Shown in pieces: positions 28,855 to 38,614 of a DNA stretch of 64,000 nt. Origin of the DNA: Candidatus Omnitrophota bacterium (lineage in GTDB: Bacteria > Omnitrophota > Omnitrophia > Omnitrophales > JACQLI01); the NCBI GenBank assembly GCA_016179745.1, contig JACPCP010000010.1, forward strand, positions 3,832-67,831, written 5' to 3'. Position 1 is the stretch's first letter. Each line of letters begins with the position of its first letter. Under the pieces are notes generated by a model. It did not search any database. It saw only the letters and a program-made list of their open reading frames with translations, and was not told the DNA's origin. Made by a program: the position numbers and the translations under genes.

Positions 28855-30636
28855 TCAGACGGACGGGAGATGTTCGCCCTTTCGGCTTCTCAGGCGGGCC
28901 ACCAAAAATTCCTGCTCTTTAAGAAGCTCCCCGGGAAGCCGGGTGCCGAAAAGCGAAAAGAATTCGGTTTGTTCCTCAGCGGCCTTGAGCCACTCTTCCG
29001 GGTCCACCTCAAAAAGCTGACGAAGCCCTGCGGGGTCGACTCCGACCCCTTCGAGGTCAAGGTCCTGAAGCAGCGGCAGGCGGCCAATCGGCGTCTCAAG
29101 GCAATCGACCTTGTCATGACATCGGTCCATGATCCATTTCAAGACCCGGATGTTCTCCCCAAAGCCGGGCCAGATAAATTTCCCTTTCTCGTCGGTCCGG
29201 AACCAGTTCACCCGGAAAATCCGGGGGGGCCGTTTGAGCTGCCGGCCGATCCGGAGCCAGTGGTCAAAATAATCGGCCATGTTGTAGCCGCAAAAAGGAA
29301 GCATGGCCATGGGGTCCCGCCGGACCACGCCCACCGCCCCGGCCGCCGCCGCCGTTGTTTCCGAACTCATCGTGGCACCGAGATAGACCCCGTGCTGCCA
29401 ATGGAAGGATTCGCAGATCAGCGGAACAATCGTGGAGCGCCGGCAGCCGAAAATAACCGCAGAAATGGGGACCCCCTCCGGCCGGTCCCATTCCGGGGCG
29501 TAAATCGGACACTGGCGGATCGGCGCCGTAAACCGGGCATTCGGGTGCGCCGCCTTCCAACCCAGGGTCGGGTCCCACAGCCGGCCCTGCCAGTCCAAAA
29601 TCTCCCCGTCCTTGGGGAGCTCCAGGCCCTCCCACCAAACTCTCTGATCGGAAGCCATCGCCACGTTGGTAAAGAGCGTGTTTCTCGAGATGGTCTTCAT
29701 CATATTGGGGTTTGTCTGAAAGTTCGTGCCGGGCGCCACACCGAAAAAGCCCGCCTCCGGGTTGACGGCATAAAGCTGTCCGTCCCGCCCCGGCCTCAAC
29801 CAGGCAATGTCGTCCCCCACACAAAAGATGCGGTATCCTTTGAACTTTCCGTCCGGCTGAAGCATGGCCAGATTGGTTTTCCCGCAGGCGGAAGGGAGTG
29901 CGGCGGCGATATAAATTTTTTCTCCCTGAGGGTTCTCAATGCCCATGATGAGCATGTGCTCGGCCAGCCAACTCTCTTCCCGGCCCAGCCAGCTGGCGAT
30001 CCGAAGCGCCGCACACTTCTTGCTGAGAAGGGCATTGCCCCCGTAACCGGAATTGATGCTGTAAATCGTTTTGTCCTCGGGGAAATGACAGATGTATCGT
30101 TTCTGAGGATCCAGATTGCCGGTCGAGTGGAGCCCCTTGATGAAATCTCCGGATTCGCCCAGCTCCTCCAGGGCGGCCTCCCCCATTCGGGTCATAATCC
30201 GCATATTGACGGCCACGTAAAGGCTGTCCGTCAGCTCAATCCCCACCTTGCTGAAGGGAGAATGCCGGGGCCCCAGAAGAAAAGGAATCACATAGAGCGT
30301 CCGGCCCCGCATCACCCCGTCAAAAAGCCCCTTCAAAAGGGTCTTCGCCTCGCCGGAGGGAAGCCAGTTGTTGGTCGGGCCGACGTCTTCCCGTTTCTCC
30401 GTGCAGATGAAGGTGCAATGCTCGGTCCGGGCCACATCCTGAGGGTCGGAACGGTGGAGGTAGGAGCCGGGGTGTTTCTGGGGATTGAGCGGGATCAGTT
30501 CGCCGGACTCACAAGCCTGGGCCAGCAGGCGGCGATTCTCGGCCTCGGACCCGTCGAGCCAGACGATCCGGTCCGGTTTCGTGAGGCGGGCCATCTCGTC
30601 GACCCATTCCCGGACCTTTTGATTTTGCATTGCCAT
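28855..30636 (-). CDS. pckG: Phosphoenolpyruvate carboxykinase (GTP)
   Basis: 593 aa. GTP-PEPCK motifs (GSGYGGNAL, kinase-1a CGKTN). Confidence 0.9.
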   Translation of the reverse strand: MAMQNQKVREWVDEMARLTKPDRIVWLDGSEAENRRLLAQACESGELIPLNPQKHPGSYLHRSDPQDVARTEHCTFICTEKREDVGPTNNWLPSGEAKTLLKGLFDGVMRGRTLYVIPFLLGPRHSPFSKVGIELTDSLYVAVNMRIMTRMGEAALEELGESGDFIKGLHSTGNLDPQKRYICHFPEDKTIYSINSGYGGNALLSKKCAALRIASWLGREESWLAEHMLIMGIENPQGEKIYIAAALPSACGKTNLAMLQPDGKFKGYRIFCVGDDIAWLRPGRDGQLYAVNPEAGFFGVAPGTNFQTNPNMMKTISRNTLFTNVAMASDQRVWWEGLELPKDGEILDWQGRLWDPTLGWKAAHPNARFTAPIRQCPIYAPEWDRPEGVPISAVIFGCRRSTIVPLICESFHWQHGVYLGATMSSETTAAAAGAVGVVRRDPMAMLPFCGYNMADYFDHWLRIGRQLKRPPRIFRVNWFRTDEKGKFIWPGFGENIRVLKWIMDRCHDKVDCLETPIGRLPLLQDLDLEGVGVDPAGLRQLFEVDPEEWLKAAEEQTEFFSLFGTRLPGELLKEQEFLVARLRSRKGEHLPSV

Positions 30637-30668
30637 TGGAAATCTCCCGAATGGACCTGATCAATCCT

Positions 30669-31760
30669 CTACGGCTGGCAGCAACCCTGCCTTGAAGTTT
30701 TCCCTGCCGATTTTTGGACCGGGCGCCCCGCCCGGTCGACGACCTCGATTTTTTCCCGGCCGCCATAAAGCGAAAACCACGGCTGGGCCCCCCGATTGAG
30801 AGTTTCGTTCAATGCCTTGATATTTTTAACGCCCCGGTCCCGGAGCCAGTCTTCGAGGGCCTTCACACCTTTCTGGCCGTAGACGGGGATCCCCTCTTTC
30901 CACGTGGCCCGGCCGCAGAGAACGCCGGCAAACGTCACACCGGCCTCCGCCGCAAGCTCCAAACTTTCACGGAATTCATCATCTCCCACGCCGGCGCTTA
31001 GATAGATAAAAGGTCTCTTGGCCACTTTGGCTGTCTCTTTGAAAAACTGGAGGGCCTCCTTGCGGGTGTAGGCCTTGGAACCTTTGAAGGCCTTCGTGCC
31101 TTCGGTAAACTGCATATTGACGGGGATCTCGACTTTTAAAACGTCGATCCCGTAGCGGGGCTTTGAAAATTCTTCCATGCTCTTCGAGACGACCTGGGGC
31201 TTCTGCTTCGCAAACTCCAGATCGCTCAAGGAAGAGCCGTCCAGTGGATACCCCACGAATTCGAGAAAATAGGGCACATCGTGCCAGGCGCACTCCGCTC
31301 CGATCCGCTCGACAAAGGTGTGTTTGATCGTGTTGACTTCCTTTTTTTCGAAGGGATTGTAGTAGATTAGGACTTTGATCGCATCGGCGCCGGCCTCGAT
31401 GAGCCGCCGGACGGTCCATTCGTCCAAAAGGTCGGGAATTCTCCCCGGCCGGGTGTTGTCGTAGCCGGAAGACTCGTAGGCCAGAAGCACGCCGGCCTTT
31501 TTGTCCTTCGCCTTGACGGCCTCCAGGCCGTATTCGGGATCGAGAAGAATAGCGCTGGCGTGAGGAGTCAACACCTTCGTCACCGCCACTTTGAATTCCG
31601 ACATCATGGCCGGCGTCACCTGTTTCGGGTCCACGCCTTTGGCCTTCGCAATCGATTTGGCCAGGGACCCCCGCTGGTCCATGGCCGCCGCACGGATGAT
31701 TCCCTTGGCATCTGAAACCGCTTCCAGTCCCTTCAATTTTCCTTGAGTCATTTGAATCAT
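30669..31760 (-). CDS. Class I aldolase of the LacD (tagatose/fructose-1,6-bisphosphate aldolase) family
   Basis: N-terminus GKLKGLEAVSDAKGIIRAAAMDQRGSL...ILLDPEYGL...LLAYE..GYD aligns with LacD/DeoC-fold aldolases. Confidence 0.75.
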   Translation of the reverse strand: MIQMTQGKLKGLEAVSDAKGIIRAAAMDQRGSLAKSIAKAKGVDPKQVTPAMMSEFKVAVTKVLTPHASAILLDPEYGLEAVKAKDKKAGVLLAYESSGYDNTRPGRIPDLLDEWTVRRLIEAGADAIKVLIYYNPFEKKEVNTIKHTFVERIGAECAWHDVPYFLEFVGYPLDGSSLSDLEFAKQKPQVVSKSMEEFSKPRYGIDVLKVEIPVNMQFTEGTKAFKGSKAYTRKEALQFFKETAKVAKRPFIYLSAGVGDDEFRESLELAAEAGVTFAGVLCGRATWKEGIPVYGQKGVKALEDWLRDRGVKNIKALNETLNRGAQPWFSLYGGREKIEVVDRAGRPVQKSAGKTSRQGCCQP

Positions 31761-32086
31761 TTTGCCACCACCTGTTCAACGGCCTGCTGGATCTTCACCT
31801 GAGACTGGAAACCCACCATCTGATGGGCCACCTGGCCCCCTTTAAAGAAAAGGAGCGTCGGGATGCCCTGAATCCCGAATTGCTGGGCCGTCACCGGGTT
31901 TTCATCCACATTGAGTTTTGCCACTTTGATTTTGGACTGATTGGCCTCGGCAATCTTTTCCAGGACCGGCGCCAGCGCCCGGCAGGGGCCGCACCACTCC
32001 GCCCAAAAGTCCACCAAAACGGGCGTGCCCGAGGAGAGAACCTCTTCCTTAAAATTGCCGTCTGTGACAACTACTTCCTTGCTCAT
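31757..32086 (-). CDS. trxA: Thioredoxin
   Basis: LVDFWAEWCGPCRALAP (WCGPC active site). Internal Met start (MSKEVVV). Confidence 0.85.
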   Translation of the reverse strand: MSKEVVVTDGNFKEEVLSSGTPVLVDFWAEWCGPCRALAPVLEKIAEANQSKIKVAKLNVDENPVTAQQFGIQGIPTLLFFKGGQVAHQMVGFQSQVKIQQAVEQVVAK

Positions 32087-32189
32087 CGCTGAATCCTTTC
32101 TTTTAATAGATGGAAACCGATTTCTTGCTTGGCAGGAAGGGCATACTATACAATACCGTCGAAAGGCACGCAACGGCCCATTCCAATTC

Positions 32190-34049
32190 ATGCAGACCCT
32201 GGCCCCCAAATCGATCAATCGGCTCGGAAAAGAACGAAGCCCTTACCTTCGAAGCGCCGCCCACCAGCCTGTTCACTGGTTTCCCTGGTCCCAAGAGGCC
32301 TTTGACGAGGCCGAGCGGCTCGACCGGCCGATCCTCCTCGATATCGGCGCCGTCTGGTGCCACTGGTGTCATGTCATGGACCGTGAGAGCTACGAAAGTG
32401 AGGAAATCGCCAGGGTCGTCCATGACCATTTCATCGCCATCAAGGTGGACCGGGACGAACGGCCGGAAATCGACGCCCGCTACCAGCTCGCCGTCAACGC
32501 CCTGACCGGTGTCTCCGGCTGGCCGCTTACCGCCTTCCTCACGCCCCGAGGGGAAGTCTTTTACGGCGGCGCCTACTTCCCTCCCGAGGACCGCTACGGA
32601 AAACCGGGATTCAAACGCATCCTGAAGCAAATCGCCGAACTCTACCGCAACCGAAAACAGGATATTCTGGAGGACGCCCAAAAAATTTCCGGGCTCTTCG
32701 AATCGGACCAGGCCCACGTCTCGGTCCCCGGGAAACTGGACGGCGCTCCCCTCGAATCCTGTCTCGCCCACCTCAAACAGCAATTTGATTTCGCCTACGG
32801 GGGTTTCGGCAATGCGCCCAAATTTTTCCACCCGAGCGCCCTCGAATTCGCCCTCCATCAATATTCCCGCTCCGGGCAGGCCTGGATCCGGGCCGTCATC
32901 GAGAAAACATTGGATGCCATGGGAAAAGGGGGAATCTATGACCAGCTCGGAGGCGGCTTTCACCGTTACTCTGTTGATGAGCGCTGGGTCGTCCCCCACT
33001 TTGAAAAACTGTCCCCGGACAACGCCTCCCTGCTTCTTGTTTACTCCAGGGCCTTTCAGCAATTCGGAAAGCCCTTTTACCGGGAAATCGCCCAGGGCAC
33101 CCTCCGCTGGGTCCGGGAAAACCTTTCGGACCGGGAGCGGGGAGGCTTTTACGCCAGCCAGGACGCCGATACCGACCGGCACGACGACGGGGATTACTAC
33201 ACCTGGACCCGCCGGGAGGTCTCAGGCCTCCTCAGTCCGGAAGAAGCTGCGGCAGCCCTTCCTCATTTTGATGTCGAGGCCCAGGGCGAGATGCTCCACG
33301 ATCCTTCCCGGAATGTCCTCTTCGTGGCCAAAGAGCCCGAGATCCTGGCCCGGGAACTGGAGCTGAAACCCAGCGAAGTCGCCCGACGGATTGAATCGGC
33401 CAAACACAAACTCCTCGAGGCCCGCAAGAAAAGGAGGGCCCCTTTCGTGGACCGGTCCCTTTACTCCGGCTGGAACGGTCTTTGGGTCCGGAGCGCTTTG
33501 ACGGCCTCCTCTATCCTTCAAGATCCGGAACTCAAAAAATTTGCGTTGAAGACACTGGACCGGTTCCGGGCCGAGGCCTGGGACCCCGAAACAGGAATGA
33601 CCCGGTTTCTCCCGGAAGGAGGTCCGGCCCCGGAGGGTCTTTTGGAAGACCAGGTGGAAATGCTGGCAGCGGCCTGGGAGGCTTTTCAGGCCACGAAAGA
33701 AAAATCATACCTGGATTTCGCAGAGGCCCTGGCCGGGATCCTGAGGGACCGTTTTTGGGGGACGGAGGGCGGGTTCTTTGACACGCCGGACTTTAAAGAA
33801 GAGGGGCATCTCCGGATCCGGCACCGGGGCATTCAAGACTCTTCCTCTTATTCGCCCAACGCCACGGCGGCAAGGATTTTCCTCAAGCTATTTCACTCGA
33901 CTCAAAACGGGAGATACCGGGAACAAGCGGAAACGCTGCTGCGATTCTTCTATGAGAAGGCCAAGGGGGTGGGTTACTTCGCCGCCGCCTACTGCCTGGC
34001 GCTCGATTTCTACCTCCGGGGCCCTGAAGCGCCCGGTCCGAAACAATGA
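32190..34049 (+). CDS. Thioredoxin-domain protein of the DUF255/YyaL family (alpha/alpha-toroid C-terminal domain)
   Basis: WFPWSQEAFDEAERLDRPILLDIGAVWCHWCHVMDRESYE...IAIKVDRDERPEIDARY matches DUF255. Start set at the internal Met after the antisense-overlapping N-terminal extension. Confidence 0.75.
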   Translation: MQTLAPKSINRLGKERSPYLRSAAHQPVHWFPWSQEAFDEAERLDRPILLDIGAVWCHWCHVMDRESYESEEIARVVHDHFIAIKVDRDERPEIDARYQLAVNALTGVSGWPLTAFLTPRGEVFYGGAYFPPEDRYGKPGFKRILKQIAELYRNRKQDILEDAQKISGLFESDQAHVSVPGKLDGAPLESCLAHLKQQFDFAYGGFGNAPKFFHPSALEFALHQYSRSGQAWIRAVIEKTLDAMGKGGIYDQLGGGFHRYSVDERWVVPHFEKLSPDNASLLLVYSRAFQQFGKPFYREIAQGTLRWVRENLSDRERGGFYASQDADTDRHDDGDYYTWTRREVSGLLSPEEAAAALPHFDVEAQGEMLHDPSRNVLFVAKEPEILARELELKPSEVARRIESAKHKLLEARKKRRAPFVDRSLYSGWNGLWVRSALTASSILQDPELKKFALKTLDRFRAEAWDPETGMTRFLPEGGPAPEGLLEDQVEMLAAAWEAFQATKEKSYLDFAEALAGILRDRFWGTEGGFFDTPDFKEEGHLRIRHRGIQDSSSYSPNATAARIFLKLFHSTQNGRYREQAETLLRFFYEKAKGVGYFAAAYCLALDFYLRGPEAPGPKQ

Positions 34050-34811
34050 TTAATAAACGAAGGCAGGGCTTTCGGCCGCCTTTTTAACCTGGCGGGCAAT
34101 CCGGGCAAGCCGGTTCCGGTCGATCGGCTTAACCCTGGAATCGGCGGGCGGGCGGCTCACGGTATAAACGTAGACCGCTTTGGGCCCGATCTCCCGGACG
34201 GTTTCAAGCCAGCGGTCGAGACTTTCTCCTTCCGAATTGTCCACCGGAGAAGTGATAAAAAGACTCTGGAGGGTCACCTCCGGCAAGGCCTTCAACCCCC
34301 GGACCAACGCCTCCCAATCGATCGGCACAACCGGATTGTTGATCCTGGCATAAGTCCCGGCATCTCCGGCATCGAATTTCATATACCGTTCGTCCAATTC
34401 ACCCAGGGCGTCCCGGACTCCCGAAAGATGGACCCGTGTGGAATCGGAGAGAATGGCGAGACGGGCTTTCGGGAAATAACGGTCCCGCAGGGGCTTGATC
34501 TCCCGAATCAACTTTCCCAGCTCCGGATGAAGGGTGGGCTCGCCATTGCCGGAAAAGGTGATGGAATCAACGGGGCCTCCCCGGAAGGAACGGGCCGAAA
34601 AATCCCGCTCAATTTCCTCGACGAGTTCCCGGGCAGGACGGAGCTTTGATCTTCTCATTTCGTCCCGGTCCGTCCATCCATACTGGCAATAGAGGCAGTT
34701 CGAGAGACAGAATTTTGCGTCGGTGGGCAGCAAATTGATCCCGAGGGAACTCCCGAAACGGCGGGAGGCCACCGGGCCGTAGACCACAGAACTCTGCAGA
34801 GGGATGGTCAT
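34050..34811 (-). CDS. Radical SAM protein (small, uncharacterised family)
   Basis: CLSNCLYCQ is a CX3CX2C motif preceded by GPVASRRFGSSLGINL. 253 aa. Immediately downstream of the ThiH-like gene. Confidence 0.55.
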   Translation of the reverse strand: MTIPLQSSVVYGPVASRRFGSSLGINLLPTDAKFCLSNCLYCQYGWTDRDEMRRSKLRPARELVEEIERDFSARSFRGGPVDSITFSGNGEPTLHPELGKLIREIKPLRDRYFPKARLAILSDSTRVHLSGVRDALGELDERYMKFDAGDAGTYARINNPVVPIDWEALVRGLKALPEVTLQSLFITSPVDNSEGESLDRWLETVREIGPKAVYVYTVSRPPADSRVKPIDRNRLARIARQVKKAAESPAFVY

Positions 34812-34817
34812 GTCCGG

Positions 34818-35891
34818 TCACCCCCCATGAAAGACCGACTCGTAACCCTGGGACGATACTTCCCTTTCCACTTCCCGGAGGGGCCGGTGGTCCCTCAGAT
34901 CAAACTGCCCGCCCCGTTCCTCCGGCTCGACCGTGTAACCGCCCGGCTGGGTGGAAGAGCCGGCGCTCAAGTGGGTCACGCCGATCCCGAGTTCAATCAA
35001 TCTTTTTCTCATCGCCGGGGTCTCCCGGGTGGTCAGAACGATTCCGACCGAGGGCATGGCAAGCCGGGAGACGGCAATTATTTTTTCGAAGTCCTCGTCC
35101 GAAACCGTTTCCTGGGCCGCCCAGGGAACGGAGACACCGTAAGCGGGCTGAAGCCTCGGGAAGGAAAACGTGGCCGGAAAGAACCCGAATTTTTTCTTAA
35201 ACGTCCAGGCATGCCCGACCAAACCCGCCAGATCTTCCCGAAAGGAATGAAGGCCGAGAAGGATACCGAGCCCCACCTTCCCCAGGCCGGCCAAAACCGC
35301 CCTTTCCATGGCCTCGAGACGCCAGTCAAAATTTTTCTTGGGGCCGTCGTGCACCAGGACGTAAGAGGGCCGGTGATAGGTCTCCTGAAAAAGAAGGCAC
35401 CGGTCCACGCCCAAAGCCTTAAGGGTCCGGTAGCCGGTGAAATCCAGCGGCCCCACTTCGACGGTCACCGAAAAAGCAAGGTCGGCCTTCTGAAGGACCT
35501 GCAGATACCCGGCAATCCTATCAACGCCCGCATAAACGGGGTGCTCCCCGGCGATCAAAAGGAGGGAACGATGGCCCTCCTGCCAAAGAAATTTCGCCTC
35601 TCGAAGGAACTCTTCACACGTGAGGGCCCGGCGCTTGGCGAGACGGTTTGACCGCCGGAAGCCGCAGTAAAGACAGTCGTTCACGCAGTAACTGGAAAAA
35701 TAAAGCGGCGCAAAGAACCTGATTTTCTTTTCGAATTTCTGTTCGTTAAGGACCCGGGCGCATTCGAAGACGGCGGCCCAGTCTGCGGGCGTGGCCTGAC
35801 TCCACAAGGAGAGGACCTCCCCGGGCAAAAGCCCCTCCCCCCGGCGGGCCTTCTCAAGCAGCGATGCCGGGTTCTCAAATTCTCCGATCAT
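34818..35891 (-). CDS. thiH: 2-iminoacetate synthase ThiH-like radical SAM tyrosine lyase
   Basis: APLYFSSYCVNDCLYCGFRRSN...LLLIAGEH...FQETYH...FDWRLEAMERA...SFPRLQP...TRE...STQPGGY aligns block-by-block with E. coli ThiH (from memory). Confidence 0.7.
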   Translation of the reverse strand: MIGEFENPASLLEKARRGEGLLPGEVLSLWSQATPADWAAVFECARVLNEQKFEKKIRFFAPLYFSSYCVNDCLYCGFRRSNRLAKRRALTCEEFLREAKFLWQEGHRSLLLIAGEHPVYAGVDRIAGYLQVLQKADLAFSVTVEVGPLDFTGYRTLKALGVDRCLLFQETYHRPSYVLVHDGPKKNFDWRLEAMERAVLAGLGKVGLGILLGLHSFREDLAGLVGHAWTFKKKFGFFPATFSFPRLQPAYGVSVPWAAQETVSDEDFEKIIAVSRLAMPSVGIVLTTRETPAMRKRLIELGIGVTHLSAGSSTQPGGYTVEPEERGGQFDLRDHRPLREVEREVSSQGYESVFHGG

Positions 35892-35894
35892 GCC

Positions 35895-36611
35895 TCAGAC
35901 TCCATTTCGTAACACTCGCTGAGGCCGGGCAAAGTAATATCCCTGCGCATAGGGAATGCCGGCCCGCTTGATAAAATCAAGATCCTGCCTCACCTCCACG
36001 CCCTCTGCAATCAGAAGTGTGCTGTATTCCTTTCCGAGACGGACCAGGCGCCGGATAAAGGACTGCTGGAAGCGGCTCGTGGCGACCCCTTTGACAAAAC
36101 TCATGTCGATCTTGACAAAATCCGGCCTGAGCGAAAACAGTTTGAAAAGTTTCGAACCGATCCCCGAAACATCGTCGATCGCAAAGCGGAACCCCAATCC
36201 CCGAAGAAAGGCGACGCCCTGCTTGATAAATACAAAATCCCTGCCCTTCATCCCTTCGGTCAGCTCGAAAACGATCTGGCGGCGGTCCACGGCCAGCCTC
36301 CGGACCAGGAAGGCCGCCTCCCGCTTCCTCCGGACGAGGTGACTCAAGGTCATGGGCTCCACATTGACGAAAAGCAGGTGCGTCCTCCCAAGCTTTGGGA
36401 GGATCTGGAGAGCGGTCTTAAGACACCTGAAATCCAGCTCCACCGTGGTCCCTTTTTGATAGGCCGACCGGAACAAGTCCTCCGGCAGGCGCCATTTCCC
36501 GGTCCCCCGGGTCAGGGCCTCGTAACCGATCACCTTCCTCGATTTCAACTCCACGATCGGTTGATACAAGGTATGAAGCGGACAATGAGGAAAATTTTTA
36601 GGGCTCATCAC
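35895..36611 (-). CDS. EAL-domain protein (c-di-GMP phosphodiesterase-like, no sensor domain)
   Basis: YQPIVELKSRKVIGYEALTRG...FVNVE...ELTE...DDVSGIGS... are EAL motifs. Confidence 0.7.
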   Translation of the reverse strand: MMSPKNFPHCPLHTLYQPIVELKSRKVIGYEALTRGTGKWRLPEDLFRSAYQKGTTVELDFRCLKTALQILPKLGRTHLLFVNVEPMTLSHLVRRKREAAFLVRRLAVDRRQIVFELTEGMKGRDFVFIKQGVAFLRGLGFRFAIDDVSGIGSKLFKLFSLRPDFVKIDMSFVKGVATSRFQQSFIRRLVRLGKEYSTLLIAEGVEVRQDLDFIKRAGIPYAQGYYFARPQRVLRNGV

Positions 36612-37900
36612 CGGTCCCTTTCACTTGTAAGTGGCGGATTCCCGAGGTTGGAAATCCGTTGTTTGGCTTCGTCGTGGAAACGTTCGAATTCTTCCTTGTT
36701 CGGAAATCGAAAGAGGCGGGGCAGGGCGAAAAAGAGCCAGCCCCCGCCGGCCAGAAGCCACCCGAGGGAGGCCGCCCCAAGCAGGCGAAAGTAAGCATCC
36801 GGAAAAAAAGGCGCCAGAAGCCTGAGGCCCAGGGCCGTCGAAATCCCGGCCAGAACAATCCCCAGGACAGGGAGCGGCCGGCGAAGCTTCGGGGCCTCCC
36901 CCGAATGGCTCAAAGTCACCACCGTTGCCACCGCAAAAGTCATCAGGCTAAAACCTCCGAGAAAGACAAGGTGCAACAGGGCCGTCCGATGTTTTGAAAA
37001 AACAAGCACCGCCCAATGTCCCAAGGCCGTCATCCAAAGCGAGACCCACAGGAGTTTCGCATAAAAATCGCTTACCCGGGGAGGAAAAATTAACGAGCAG
37101 GTCCAAAGCAGCTCCCCCGTCACGACAACGGCCCTCAACCCGTAACCGGCGGCAAACCTCCCGAACCCCTCCAGCCAGAAACTTGTAAAAAGAAGAAGGC
37201 CGGCCAGAAGATGAATCACGACACGGCGCTTCCGAATTTGCAGGCTTTTTTCTACGGAACAAACCTCGGAAGGTTTGATGACTTGAAAACGCCCCATCAA
37301 ACGGGGCGCCAGAAAACCTCCCACCCCGACGACAACGGCCAAAAGAAACCCCTGCTCCGCCATCGGCTTTCCCACTCCCACGGCCCAGCTCCCCATCCAT
37401 TTCAGTTCGCCCGTCATCATCAGCAGGGCCCCGACAAGGCCGTGCAAAATCGCTACGGGGATCCAGACAAATTCGGCGGGCGGAGAGGGGCTTTCCCCGT
37501 TTTTCTTCACCCGAAGGACCCGTCGAATGGCAAATCGGGCCAACCCAAGAAGCCATCCGATGAAACAAAGTTCGGAAAAAAACTGACGGCCCAAAGCGGA
37601 AAATCCGAAGATTCCGAAGGTCCAAAGAAGGAAACCGGCCAGTTCTCCCGCCGTGGCCGGAGGCGCCGAAGCAAACCGGGGCATGGCGGTCAGCAGGAAC
37701 CCAATGACAAAACAGCCGAGGTATCCCTGGGTTTGAACCGTCGAGTGGAAAAGCCCGGAATAAGCCGGGATCCAGCCCACGGAATAAAAAAACCAGTGTG
37801 TGGCCCCGACCGCACCGAATAAAATTCCCAGGGGAAAAAAGACCCGGTAGGGTTCCCCGGCAATTCGTTCGATAAACTGAGTGATGTCGTTGCGCCGAGT
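36608..37900 (-). CDS. nnrS: NnrS family haem-copper membrane protein (NO-responsive)
   Basis: About 12 TM helices with conserved His positions, typical of NnrS. The start is uncertain because the long N-terminal extension in the ORF track overlaps the upstream gene and is Arg/Gly-rich. Confidence 0.6.
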   Translation of the reverse strand, partial: TRRNDITQFIERIAGEPYRVFFPLGILFGAVGATHWFFYSVGWIPAYSGLFHSTVQTQGYLGCFVIGFLLTAMPRFASAPPATAGELAGFLLWTFGIFGFSALGRQFFSELCFIGWLLGLARFAIRRVLRVKKNGESPSPPAEFVWIPVAILHGLVGALLMMTGELKWMGSWAVGVGKPMAEQGFLLAVVVGVGGFLAPRLMGRFQVIKPSEVCSVEKSLQIRKRRVVIHLLAGLLLFTSFWLEGFGRFAAGYGLRAVVVTGELLWTCSLIFPPRVSDFYAKLLWVSLWMTALGHWAVLVFSKHRTALLHLVFLGGFSLMTFAVATVVTLSHSGEAPKLRRPLPVLGIVLAGISTALGLRLLAPFFPDAYFRLLGAASLGWLLAGGGWLFFALPRLFRFPNKEEFERFHDEAKQRISNLGNPPLTSERDR

Positions 37901-38595
37901 CAAGGTTGTTTGAGCGTCAGAGTGGCTGAAGCCGGTTCCCCCTCCTTGACGACGATCGGCTCCCGGTGCGTTCCGAGCCATTCGTGCCAGACTTCGAGTT
38001 CGTAATTCCCGGCCGGGACCCCTTCGATCGTAAAATTTCCGTCGGCGTCCGTCACGGCGAAGAAAGGCTCTGAGAGCACCGCCACGTAAGCGCTCATCCA
38101 CGTGTGGCCGGCATCGCATCGGAATTTGAGAAGACCGGCCTGGCCGAGCTTCTTTGAAATTTCCATTCCCATAATGGGCACGGCAATGTTAAAGGCCGTA
38201 GTGCCGTCTTCGAAGAAGGCGTGCGAATTGTGAAGCACGGGGTCGCTGCTCGTGATCTTCAACGTGGCGCCCATCGACAAGGCCTGCACGTGGGGAACAA
38301 ATTCGCATTTCACTTGATCGAGCTTTCCCGTTTGCGGCACGGCCGCCCCCGGAGCGCCCACAATCTTGACCACGGCATGGGCCACGCCTTGATCCTGGCC
38401 GAGAACAATTTTCTGCACTTCTTTGACAGCGCCACAGGTGGGCATGTCGCTTTTCACATCCACTTTTTCGGCGGCCGGCGCCGTCCCCTCAAAGAGGACA
38501 CGCCCCTGGACCGTCCCCTGGGCGTAGCCCCAGCGGGGCCCTGTGACAGTAATAAAGGCTGCGATCAGGAAGAGTAACTTGATTTTTTTCATCAT
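37900..38595 (-). CDS. Periplasmic blue-copper (cupredoxin) protein with C-terminal carboxypeptidase-regulatory-like beta-sandwich domain
   Basis: Signal peptide MMKKIKLLFLIAAFITVTG. Candidate type-1 Cu ligands in cupredoxin order (H in LHNSHAF ... CDAGHTWM). C-terminus TDADGNFTIEGVPAGNYELEVWHEWLG. Lies between nirK and nnrS. Confidence 0.5.
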   Translation of the reverse strand: MMKKIKLLFLIAAFITVTGPRWGYAQGTVQGRVLFEGTAPAAEKVDVKSDMPTCGAVKEVQKIVLGQDQGVAHAVVKIVGAPGAAVPQTGKLDQVKCEFVPHVQALSMGATLKITSSDPVLHNSHAFFEDGTTAFNIAVPIMGMEISKKLGQAGLLKFRCDAGHTWMSAYVAVLSEPFFAVTDADGNFTIEGVPAGNYELEVWHEWLGTHREPIVVKEGEPASATLTLKQP

Positions 38596-38614
38596 TGCTC
38601 GGCTCCTTTCAAAT

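Noticed and set aside
28852-30660. 602-aa ORF on the plus strand
   Set aside because: It is antisense to the well-supported GTP-PEPCK gene. The sequence is low complexity and there is no RBS or domain signature.
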